Assembly (NCBI GenBank): GCA_964035545.1
Contig: CAXIUT010000253.1
Location: 1 to 25,990 of the forward strand
DNA length: 25,990 nt
Source of the DNA: Bugula neritina
Taxonomy: Eukaryota > Animalia > Bryozoa
Direction: 5' to 3'
Shown: one piece after another, positions 1 to 11,468 of the stretch
Position numbering within the stretch: position 1 is the stretch's first letter
Layout of the letters: each line of letters opens with the position of its first letter
Translations under genes and position numbers: made by a program
The notes under the pieces: model-generated
The model's input: the letters and a program-made list of their open reading frames with translations, nothing else
What the model was told of the DNA's origin: nothing
The model's database searches: none

Positions 1-83
1 CCCAACCCCAACCCCAACCCCAACCCCAACCCCAACCCCAACCCCAACCCCAACCCCAACCCCAACCCCAACCCCAACCCCAA
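1..83. repeat. Left telomere, (CCCCAA)n
   Basis: Perfect C4A2 tandem array from base 1; Tetrahymena-type oligohymenophorean telomere repeat. Confidence 0.98.
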
Positions 84-578
84 AAAATATGAAATTCAAA
101 TATATTATCAATTTTTTTAAAATTAATCATCTATTCTGTAAGTAATATTGATATTATGAGTAAAAAAGGTTTAAAGTAATAAATCTTGGCAAAATAACAC
201 TTTTAACTTAAAATATTTCATTCAAATATATTATTCAATTTTGATATTCTTGTCTTTACTGTTTTTTTTTTTAAGTATTTAATATTTCATTTTCAAAATT
301 AAATAGTTTATATTCTTGTTGCTAATGTCAAATTCTATTTTTTATTTTTATTAAATAGTATTCAAAACAAATTTTTTCTCCTTTTTTTGACAGAAAAATA
401 TCTATAATATAACTAATAGTATCATTATAATTCGATAGTGATTTTTATTAAAAAGAAAAACTTTGTTAAACTTTATTTTCAATCTTAACCCAATTTATTT
501 TATCATTTTAATATTTATTTCTCATAATAGTTTCATAACTTTTGGATTAATAAAATTGTTATATAGCATTTAATACTC

Positions 579-2049
579 ATGCATAAACAATAGCACTAGA
601 ATACTCACCAAGACAAGTTAGTATCAAAAATAAAACATAAAAATTTTCCTCAAACTAACTCCAAGTAAATACAACATTCTCCTAAATAAATAACATAATC
701 TACTATCACTAATTAAACTCCATTACTTTAATTAAAATCTGATATCCACTCAAGTTCAGTTATTAGTAGCATTCAATCTGTATAACAAAAAGTGAGAAAA
801 GGATTGTCGGAAATGATTTAATAATACAAAAATGATGCATAAAAAATGATGGCTAATCATGGCTGGGATCCATAAAAAGAAGCTAAGATTAGAGTTCATC
901 TTAAAAAACTACAAAAATAAAAAAAATAAAGAAAATAACGGTTTTAAAATGATTTAAAAAGGTTAGAAGATAAGAAAAATCTATTAGAACATAGTAGTGT
1001 ATCAAATTAGAAATAAAAGCAAGAGAAAAGGAAGAGTATTTAAGTTAGAATAGATAAAATTCACTAAAGAGAAAGAAAAAGACAAGAATAATAAATAAAT
1101 TTTAATAAATTTTACCAATAATACAAATCACATAAACCTAAATATGCTCAAGTTTAAGAATAATTTAATCGAAAACAATTAAAATAAAATTAATAAAAAA
1201 CAAAAAGAAATAAACAAAGATTATCAGAAGTTTATAAACCTATGGATCTAAAGACTCTTTAATAATTTTAGTAAAATTATCTTAATTAAAAATACTAACT
1301 AGAAAAACAAAGATTACAGAATAAATTATATTAAAAAAAACAGTAAGAAGCAAATCAACAAAAACTTAATGAACTTTATAAAGGACATTGTCATGAGTAT
1401 GTTTTAGATTAATTAACTGAAAAATATTAAAAAAATAAATAAGGCCAATAGAAGTATAAAAGAATCAAAGAATATGGATAACTAGTTCGAGAATAATATA
1501 AACCAAGAGTTAAAAGTGGAAATGACGCCTAATTAGAATCAAGTCAATATTTTTAAAGTTAGATACCTCAAACAGAAAGAGGAAAAAGAGTGGTTAAAGA
1601 TAGATATCTAAAAGGCCAATATCTTGGTAAAATGGTAACATATTAAAAATAAGCATTATCGCATTAAGATCAAAATGGAAAAGGAATGGAATATTTATAA
1701 TTTATCAGATCTTTACCTAAAAAACCAAAAAATAAAAAACAACTATTATTATACCATAGATAAAACCCAAAGCAGGAGTATATAAGGTACCTCGTCTTGA
1801 AAATCCATTGTATCGGGGCAGTAGACGTTACAATTCAATTGATACTAGTATGAAGACAGGAGATTCAGATAGTGTGAAAAGAGTAATTGATTTTGTGAGA
1901 TATAGACAAGATCAGTTGAAACAGGATTAGAAGAAATTAAGAAATAGAACATATAGAAGTAGAAGTTAATGGGAAAATTCACAAAAAGGATTTAATAGTT
2001 AATTGGTTAGTAATATTTAGGAAAAGTTAGAAATTTTGAAAAGATGTGA
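579..2049 (+). CDS. Ciliate-type coiled-coil hypothetical protein, probable paralog of 8511-10035; apparent frameshift(s)
   Basis: With UAR=Glu, ATG 579 is open to TGA 1851 (MHKQEHENTHQ...GKGMEYLEFIRSLPKKP). A more natural continuation lies in the -1 frame from ~1730 (KEKTTIIIPEIKPK...ELVSNIEEKLEILK). The likely stop TGATAA at 2047 needs a further -1 shift; without it the frame runs to TGA 2210-2212. Confidence 0.65.
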
Positions 2050-2282
2050 TAATTATTTTCAAATAGTTTATATTATATATAATATTAGCCTTTTATTTAA
2101 GATGTAAAAAAGTTAATTATTTGAATATATCAAAAACTATTCTATTTATAGTTTTTATAAAATATACAAAAGACAAAAATAATAAAGAATTATATTCAAA
2201 CTGACCAGATGAAAAGAATAATAAACAAACACAATATATTTTTAAATAATCAAATTTAATGAATATCATAATTGTTTATGAT

Positions 2283-5233
2283 TCAATATTTACTGATACT
2301 TCTGATATAGTCAACATCTGTTCGAGTATAAGTAGGTTTTTTAAATTTAGAATTATTTTAGATATAATCTTACAACTATTCTTCATTTATATACCTTTCA
2401 GAAGGATTAAATTAAGCATTTACTTGAGAAATTTATCTCAAAATAGCTTTTATTTAAATGTTCATGACCCGATTCATAGACTAAATCTATATTTTTCTCG
2501 ACTATAAAGTTCTATTAAAGAGACTATTTTATAACAAAATAAGTTATAAACTCTTTTTCTCATCAACACTTAACTATTCCTTCTATAATTAACTTTTAGC
2601 TTTTAAAGTAATTTACTATCTTTACTTTATTTTATTTTAAATCTCTTAACATTCCACTTAATTTTTTCTTTTGCTATTTTCTAGATTCGATAATTTATTT
2701 TCTAATAATTTAATTTTTTAATCAAAAACAACTCTATAATCTATTTAAATTATCTTATCTTTTTACTCTTTTTCTATTTTTTTTTACTTTTGATTCCTCT
2801 GTTTTTAGATTTAGTTAATTTATTATAGAGTAGTTGTTTTACATTATGTTCCTTAATATTGCTTTAGATAATTCAAGTTTCTGAGAAAAGATGTTGCAGG
2901 ATTTTCACTATTAAAAGTTTTCACAAATTTACTTTCAGGTAAAGACATATATTTACTATATGAGGTCAGATCAGGATGATCTTTGCTCATAAATATTTTT
3001 TTCTTAAAAGTATTATCTGCAAATATCGAAAATAAAACATAGGTTAAAGCAAGGATAAGACTGATTATATTTAGAATTTTATATCCTGTACTTGAGTCAT
3101 AATGAATGTTTAAATCCCAAACGAAGTGACCAATTGCAAACAAAAATATAGATACTTCAAAGGCAGTGACTATTTTATTGGTTAGTTCGAAGCTGAAATC
3201 TATGGGAACAGAAAATCTTCTAAAAAGATTATATTTATCAACCCAATAATGAAGACTAAAAATAAAGATGAGAATAGGTGTCGCGAGAGGAGCCATGAAA
3301 CCGTAGAAAGAAATTACATAAGAATAGATGATATAAAAAGAGTACATAACTGCAAAATCAAATTAAGGATACTATAATTATTTATTTAGTTCAACTTGAA
3401 ATTGCTTGTTTGGTTCAGTAGTTTTGATTTTAAAGTAATTTATCAATTGGAAAAACCTTTCTTTTGGAATCAGGATAAAGAGAAGCAAATTGACTATTCC
3501 TGAAACTATTACCAAACTTATAACTTTATTTACTAAACCAAAGGTTCCAAGTGGATTGCTATAGTGAATCAAGTAGATGATAGTGTATATGAAACAAGTA
3601 TTGATGCCTTGAGTAATTATTGTTTTTAGTACTACTGAACTCAAACGATCTGATTTTGTTTTATGTTTTTACATAAAAGATAGTAATTATATCGTAAAAG
3701 AAAGAAGAAAGTTGATCGCTGTTGTCAAGAGAGCCATCAATCCTGATAACATGTAGCTATGTACTTTTTACTAAAAGGTTACTGCTTTACCTTACTCTTA
3801 ATTTTTGGCTCCCCATAATTGAATCAAGATCAGTGATGCTAAAGATAGTAGAAGAAGCATGATAAGTACAGCCCATGAATAGATCAGATTTTTAAATCTT
3901 TGTTCATCTGTTACTTTCATATTAAACCAATAGACATCGTTAGGTTTATTGGGTAAACTTATTTTGATAGGTTTACCACTAATTCTAAAGAAATTTTTAT
4001 CCTTATCATATTACCTTATGAAGTAATCTCTGAAGTGTTGATACTGAAAGGAGACAAAGGCTTTTCCTGTAAAATGCGTAAATTTAAAAGAATTCTTCTT
4101 CTTAGTACTTTTATCAATAGCAAAATTTTAACAAAGCTAGATATACTAATTATTAAGCAGATCAATTCTATTAGGAATGAATTTAAGTTTCGATGAAGTC
4201 TTAGTAAGTTGGTTTTAATCTTATTAAATATGCTACTTTTGAAGATTCTATCTCATATTGAATAAATTTTACATTTCTGTCAAATCATAACATAAATTAA
4301 TATTAGTAACAATATTAGATATGTTAAGATGATTTTCTTGAAATTTATTAACCAAAATCTACTCGATAAAACATTTCTAAAGATGATCCAATTAATTTTG
4401 GTCCTTTTTGAAGATATCATAAGTTTATCTAAACCATTTTCTTATTTTGTTTTAGATCATGTATTCTAGATGATTTTCATAGTTGTAACTTGTTTACTAT
4501 ATCTATGTGTTTTAATCAAAAATGAATGGAGGGATATTTTCCAGAAGAACTGAGAAGTTTTATTGAGAGAATATTATTGATCTTGATCTGTTTTTTTGTT
4601 AATTTTGGATATTTCTAAACACATAAAAGAACACTATCGATATAATAGTAAAAATAAAAGATAGCCAATCCAAAACATTCAATTACTTCGTATTTGCAGC
4701 ACTTTTTAAATTATACCCTGATATAGTAAAAGCACATAATTTTTGATTTCCTAAAACCATCAAATCAGAACAATACTATCCATTCATACTGGCCAAGATA
4801 TTATAAATATCAAAAACCAAGAAACGAATCGTGAGGTAGCTGATGACCATTTTGATGAAAGTAAAGTACATGGAGACTCCTGTAGGCAACTGGAAGACTT
4901 ATTGACCTTACTATGGTTCAGATATGAAGGTGTGATAGCAAAATGGAAACTAATCTCTGACTAGCATGTTCTCACAACATGGGCAGGCTTTTATTTTGTT
5001 TTATTTTGATGTTTATAAGTCATAGAATTAGTTTTTGTAACCCAATCGATTAGATTTTTGATGGAAGAGAGCTGCATTGTATTTTGATGGATATTTGTAC
5101 ATTCTTTTGAGTTTGATGTTGGTTTTTTGAGTTTGGTAAGTATCAATAACTACCTTTTTTGGATGTTAATGTATTAACTAGGTTATTCTGAGTAGATAAA
5201 TGACTACTTTGGTTAACTAGGATTCAAGTACAT
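2283..5233 (-). CDS. OSCA/TMEM63 (CSC1-like) mechanosensitive/osmosensitive channel family protein, ~976 aa
   Basis: One TGA-free frame after removing a 20-nt intron (5188-5207). Motifs CPCC, GVSMYFTFIK, NFSVLLENIP, FTGKAFVSF, PNKPNDVYWFN, MEKHKT, QVELNKELEYPEFDF, YWVDKYNLFRR; multiple TM segments. Joins track ORFs 3378-3644 and 2853-3347. Confidence 0.85.
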
Positions 5234-5596
5234 AAGTTGATGTTTTTACAATATAAAATAATAATTTAGAATAAGATCTTTGATATAATTTTTCTAATAG
5301 CTGATAGATCTTGTAAATAAGATATACTAAAATAGAGTTTAAAACAAGATAAAAATCGATCTTAACTTGCAAGCTACTAAAACTTTGAATTATAAGTATT
5401 AAATAGTTTATATTAATTTAATTTTGAAAATATGATTAAATCCATTGACAAATATTCTCGAAAAGAAGGTAAAAAGATTTAAAAAGAAGAAAATCATAAC
5501 AACATTTAAAAATAAGAAATGAAAATTTAGTTGGCGGGTTTTCTTTAAATAGAATTTGAATTTAATTGGTTTATAAATATTTATTATTAAAGAGAG

Positions 5597-6163
5597 ATGG
5601 GTGGCAATGAAATTTCAACTGTCCTTGCTATTGTTGATAATCTAAGCTGGATTTTGTATTTAATACCTGGACTTCAAGGACCTGCAATTGCGATATAAAT
5701 TATTATACTCACAATTTCAATTATTCGGGCAATTCATGATGGTAAAAGTACTTAAGATATTGTTTTTATGGTTATTTCGAGGATATTAAGTCTATTTCTA
5801 TCGTTCTTGTTTTTTAAATTTTTTGGTTCATTGCTAAAAAAATTATTCTCTAAATTTACTAAATTATTTGGAAATAAAATGGGAAAAGTTATATCTATGG
5901 CAGACAATGATGGATCCAAAAAAATATTCTAATCGATAAAAGATGTAAGCTTTTCGTAAATTTGGACTGTTGTTAAGTAAATCGGTTTGATATAGTTTAT
6001 TTATCAACTTAGTAATAAATAATTAACAATTGTTGGAACTAGAATAGTTGGTAAAGGTATTGATGTAGCAGCCTAAAAATCTGCTTAATACGTTATTCGA
6101 AAGAGTACATAGGTTGCTGTTAAAAAAGGAGCTTAAAAAATAAGTGAAAAAATTGATGAATGA
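5597..6163 (+). CDS. Small hypothetical membrane protein (188 aa) with hydrophobic hairpin and amphipathic cationic helix
   Basis: ATG 5597 to TGA 6161, intronless: MGGNEISTVLAIVDNLSWILYLIPGLQGPAIAIEIIILTISIIRAI...FFGSLLKKLFSKFTKLFGNK...KISEKIDE*. Confidence 0.8.
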
Positions 6164-6261
6164 TTCGAATCCTTATTATTTAGATATTTATAAAATAAAC
6201 AAAATCTCATAATGAATTTAGATTAAAATGACTTCGATTCTAATATTTTAATAATAATATT

Positions 6262-6960
6262 ATGGATAATAACTGCTACATAATAGAGAAATAATCACAC
6301 TATTTAGACCTCCCTTTACAATTAAACTCATAAAGAAAGTTACCTTCAAAATCATAGAAAAGAAAAGACATGCCAAGACAACTTAAAAATGATCCTTATC
6401 GTTCAACAAGTAAATAAAATATTAACAATAATGAAAAAAAATGTATAATTTATCCAATAGCTCATCCAGAAGATAAAAAATTATTTGAAGATATCGATAT
6501 TAATCATAAAAATAAAGAAAAGAAAAGCGATTGTAAATTGAGAGAGATTATCAAACAAAAACTAGATAGTTAAAAAAAGAAAATTAATAAAAATATATAT
6601 AACTAAACCAAAAGATAAAGAATAAAGGATAAAGAAGGACAAAGTAATAAATATCATCAACTTTTATGTTAATTCTATGGAAAACCAGCCAAAAACATCC
6701 AAAAATAAAACAAAATACCTTTGAATAACAACCAAAACAAAGAAAATCAACCAACAATGAGACGCTATCAAAGTGCAAAAACAATAAAACCTTTAGACCC
6801 TCTTCAATCAGACCATAAACTCCAAAGAAATCAAAGCGTATTTTCAATGAAATCACCAACAAACATGTCAAATAAACCAACAATAGCTCTTAACAACCCT
6901 CAGAAGCCAACATATTTGGATATCTATATGCAGAAGAGACGTAAATCTTTATACCTTTGA
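6262..6960 (+). CDS. Hypothetical low-complexity protein (~232 aa)
   Basis: Open frame MDNNCYIIEKESH...MQKRRKSLYL*, includes track ORF 6721-6960. Start uncertain: an out-of-frame ATG at 6212 could be the true start. Confidence 0.65.
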
Positions 6961-6986
6961 TTTTATAGTGATTAATAATATTAATA

Positions 6987-8410
6987 ATGCTGTATTCAAG
7001 ATGGAAATTAATCAAAAACGATAAATTGAGAAGAGATAAAAGAGGTAGTCTAACTACTGGAATAAGGAAGTACAGTGTAATTGAATAATTATAAAATGAA
7101 GAGGAATAAAATTAGTTGTTAAGTAATTATCGATAAATGTAGCAAGAATTTTATAAGGAGTCAATTACAAAACAAACTACTAGTCTTTATAAGATTAAAA
7201 AATAGTTGAATAGCATCGAGAGTTATAGTAAAAATATCTAAGTATGAACACAGAGTTCAATAAAATAAAATAAAAGTATCATACAGAAAGCTAATTTTAA
7301 TAAAATATCATAAATAACAATAGATATGAATAAAAATATGATTTATTGTTACAGTAAATTAGATAAAACAACTAATAACTAAAGATTTTGAGTTAATAAT
7401 TCAAATAAACAAGTCAATAACTATAAAAATAAAGCAATCCTAATTTTTAGGTTATTTTGACTGTAAAAATGGCATAGATATCAGTATAAATAACAAAGCT
7501 ACATTAATCAATAAATAAACTAAAACAATAAAAGATAAAGAGATAGAGATAACTGGTTCAACTAGGAAGTTACGACAAAAATAAAAATTAGAAATTACAG
7601 TTATAATATGTCAATATCAATAAAAAGAAATAATTTTTGCTAGATAAATAAGATCAAATGCAAAGAGATTTATCTGATTTGGAATATAAAATAATAAAAC
7701 AAAATAATTTATGGTAAGAACTAACATAAAAATAATATAAAAACTAAATACCTCAAGAACATCTTGATATTTTATACAAAACAAAAAAGATCAAGTTAGA
7801 TTATCATTCTAAAATCAACTAAAGAGAATAGGAATCAAAAAAATGGATATACTATAAATCAATATGTCAACTGAACTAACTTAAAAAAAGGTTTAAGGAT
7901 ATTGAGTTTACATGTAGTATCAAATAAAATAGAATAAATGCTCTTTAATAAGAAATCAAAAGGTATTTATCTTAACTTGATCAAATCAAAGAAGAACATC
8001 AATAAAAGAACAATGAATAATTTTAATTGATAAGAAAATAAGTAAAGATTTAATAAAAATAAACCAGTATGAAAAGTTTCAATGATTCTCCATCTAACTT
8101 TTTAATTAAAAAAAATACAAAAAAAACCAGCTTTAACAGTACTCCTACAAGTGCCCTTAAAAAGAAAATGAGTGCCAGAATTGAAGGATAACTAAGCAGA
8201 TCATTTGTTTATAGTTAAATAAAAACAAAAAGAAGTATTTTCGATGAAAAAAATCAAAAATACAAGACACCATAGAAAGATAGAATCGATAGTAGATTTT
8301 TAGGCAGAATAAAACGATTCAATACATAACAAACTCAATCAAAACGATAATATTCAATTGATGAACCAACAAAAGCCTTGAAAAAATATTTTTTCAAAAA
8401 TCAATAATGA
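6987..8410 (+). CDS. Hypothetical coiled-coil protein (~466 aa)
   Basis: MLYSRWKLIKNDKLRRDKRGSL...; a 23-nt GT-AG intron (7183-7205) joins it to a long E/K-rich frame ending KKYFFKNQE* (TGA 8408). Confidence 0.65.
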
Positions 8411-8510
8411 CATTCTTCCATATTTTCTATTTTGATTTATTTCATAAAAAAATTAACATAATATAGATCTATAGTTATCTATATATTTTTTGTTAATTAT
8501 ATTTGATCAT

Positions 8511-10035
8511 ATGACAACTCAAAACAAATAACCTTAAAATAAAACCGAATCAATCGACCATTCCTTCGATCCAGACGATCTGAGCAACTACTTCACAGAT
8601 CAACCAGAAGTCGAACGCATGAATTATCTAACAGCTAAACATTTTGCCAATAAAGTCGTATCTAATTTAGACATTTTGATTTATATGGGAAATATGGATG
8701 TAGATAGAAAGAAGAAAAGAGTTCATTAGTTGATGGATTAAGTTAAAATAAATTAATAAGAAAAAAAAGCTGCCTAGATGAGAGCTAAAAAATAATATAT
8801 CTAAGAACAACTATAATACCTTAAGAGTCAAACTAGTATAACTAGAAGTAACAGTTAATAAAAAATTATATAACATTCATTAGTTTTTAGTTCTAAAGAA
8901 CATCAATAGATAATAAAAAAGTTAATAAAATAAAAATAATAAAGAGATAAGCGACATAATTTAGTCGTATAGAATTTATAAAGAAAGCGAAGAGAAGATG
9001 AATAGAAGGATAAAAAGACCAAATAATAGATGAAAAAATAAGCCCAAAAATATCGAAGACAAACAGCATAAATAAATTTATAACAACATAAAAGATAGAG
9101 ATAATAATTTATAAAATTTGAAAATGAATCAAAAGATAAAATAAAGAAATTACAAAATAATTTAACAAACTATCAACAAATATAAGATAGATATCAAAAA
9201 TCTATAGTATTACCTATTTTAGAAGAAAAAAAGAAAAAATTAAAAGCACTACATTAATATAAATCATTCAGCATCTAATAATTAAATTAACATTAAAAAA
9301 ATTATAAATAAAATAAAGAACTACAAAATTCAAGAAGATCTTCCATTGTTAAACATAGCCAATATCGACCTCCCAAAAGATCAGAAAAATATTAGATTTT
9401 ATTAGAATAATAAAAATTGGAAAGAATATCGAAATTATAATAAAAAAGAAGATAATTTTAATCAAGATTAAAAAAACAATAAAAATATGTCAACTACCTC
9501 AGATAAAATTTTATACCCACAATAGATCCATCGAAATAGGAATAACTTAAATAAAGAATATAAAGCAGTCGGATAGTCAAACCATAACCAATCAGTACTA
9601 CTAGATAAATAGGTATAAATAATTTGGAATACGCCAAAAAGAATAGAAAAATTATGATGAGTAGTATTGAATAACGACCTTAGAGTTCAAGAAATAAAAC
9701 TATCAAGAGTCAAACTCATAAGACCATAGAACGTGATTCTATCGGATAGACAAAACCTAGAACTGATACTTATCTTACTATCGAAAGGAAACATAACTAA
9801 CATTCAGAAAAAGTAAGAAGAAGATATCTCGATAAAATAGTAAAATAGAAAGAAAAATCATAAGCAGATAGGATCAAAGAGCTGAAGATCGAAACTGATA
9901 AGATCAGTTAGAAAATGGGACAGAAAGAGAAGGAGTTCAAATACAAAAAAAGACAAAAAAACAAAAGATGACACTCTATAGCTGTTGCTATCAAGTATTC
10001 AAGCAAAAATAGGAATCATTGAAATGTATAATTGA
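8511..10035 (+). CDS. Ciliate-type coiled-coil hypothetical protein, probable paralog of 579-2049; apparent +1 frameshift near the C-terminus
   Basis: ATG 8511 is open to TGA 9969 (…YQQIEDRYQKSIVLPILEEKKKKL…KYVNYLRENFIPTID…EIGINNLEYAKK). The +1 frame supplies DTLELLLSSIQAKIGIIEMYN* ending TGATAA at 10033. Confidence 0.75.
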
Positions 10036-10045
10036 TAATTTAATA

Positions 10046-11425
10046 ATGATAGCTATCATATTTCTTCTAACCTTTACCCTAGTAGCCACTCAAAACAACC
10101 TGCAAACCACCAATAATCAAAGCAAACAAGTATAAAACAACTAATCCAACTCGAATCATAGCCAAGAGACTACCACCAGTGGTAACTCCAAATTAAGTAT
10201 GGTAGAAATACTAGCAGGAAAGAATCTATTTCATCATCCTCAACGATCACTTGGAACATCATCCTAAATATTCTAATTTCGAATTAACAATGCATACCTC
10301 TACCCGAAGTCAATGATCGACCGCAAACCTTCATGTTTCGGTCCTCAAGCCCTCCAAATCGAACCAGGAGATGAACTAATAATAAAAGCCAATCAACCCT
10401 TTGTCTCTCTTTTCCGCACAGAAACGATAACACACTACTACAACATCTAGCTGATGGGCCGCTAGAAAATGCAAAATATTTCAATAAACGATTTAACTCA
10501 ATCAGTATAATAACAAAAAGGAATATTCGTCTCAAGAACTAAGATGAATCTCAACTGCTCCTCCATGATCAGCGGTCACCTGAAAATGCGAGGCACAGTA
10601 CACCTAGATTTCTTTTTAAGTCGATAATAAAAAAAGAAAGATTTCAATTTCATCATGGTCTGCATCTCAAAACAATAAATCAAATAATTTGGAATTATCT
10701 ACCGCAATGGCTACTTGTTCTTCTGGATGGTAGTCAACCTCTCGCTCATGGTCTACCACGTCTACCCCAGAGATCAATCGCATCTAACCATGTTTCTTAT
10801 CTATGTCTTTGCATCAATATCCATTTAAAATAAATTTACCAGCTATCTGGTAGCTACTTCACTGTTCTTGTTTGTACTACTGAGATAGAGGAAATAAAAT
10901 CGAGTCAGTAGCAAAGTTTTTATTCTGTATATTAGTCTTTTTTTAACGCTAGCAATATTGTTAATTACCATTTCGTATTAGAGCTAAATCGATGGAGATT
11001 AATGGAACAGCCTATGGATATCTTTATAAAATTTTGTTATCTTACATATCTCCATGTTCATGACTCTCAGACTCATCAAACTCAGTCGTTTCCGCTATGT
11101 CTTCTGGTACTTCATCACCATCTCACTTTTCAGCCTAGCTATAGAAGATGTCAATAATGGTTACTTTACCCTATAATTCAAAAATATGATGGATTTATCA
11201 TGTCTAAAAGGCAACCTATTTTTCATTATAATGATGCTACCAATTAGCAACTACTTCAGCTCTATGACCAGCTGCATGCATCGAGTAATCGCATTTGCTC
11301 TTTCTATTTGCTCTATGTTGCCACTCGGATTGATGATTCAGATAATGGCGATGATGTTTGCTGGAATTATGTGTTTTTAGATGAAAATTAAAAGTGTTAA
11401 AGAAACCATCAAACATACCTATTGA
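10046..11425 (+). CDS. Signal peptide + luminal domain + multi-pass (~7 TM) membrane protein, 459 aa, family unassigned
   Basis: Intronless frame MIAIIFLLTFTLVATQNN...; hydrophobic segments from ~10720 onward; includes track ORF 11186-11380; TGA 11423. Confidence 0.8.
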
Positions 11426-11468
11426 TTGCTATTATGACTATTTTATATAATTATAAATTAGATATTTA

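Noticed and set aside
6941-6968. 28-nt GT-AG intron fusing genes 6262 and 6987
   Set aside because: It is longer than all other introns and the spliced frame meets TGA near 7082; two separate genes fit better.
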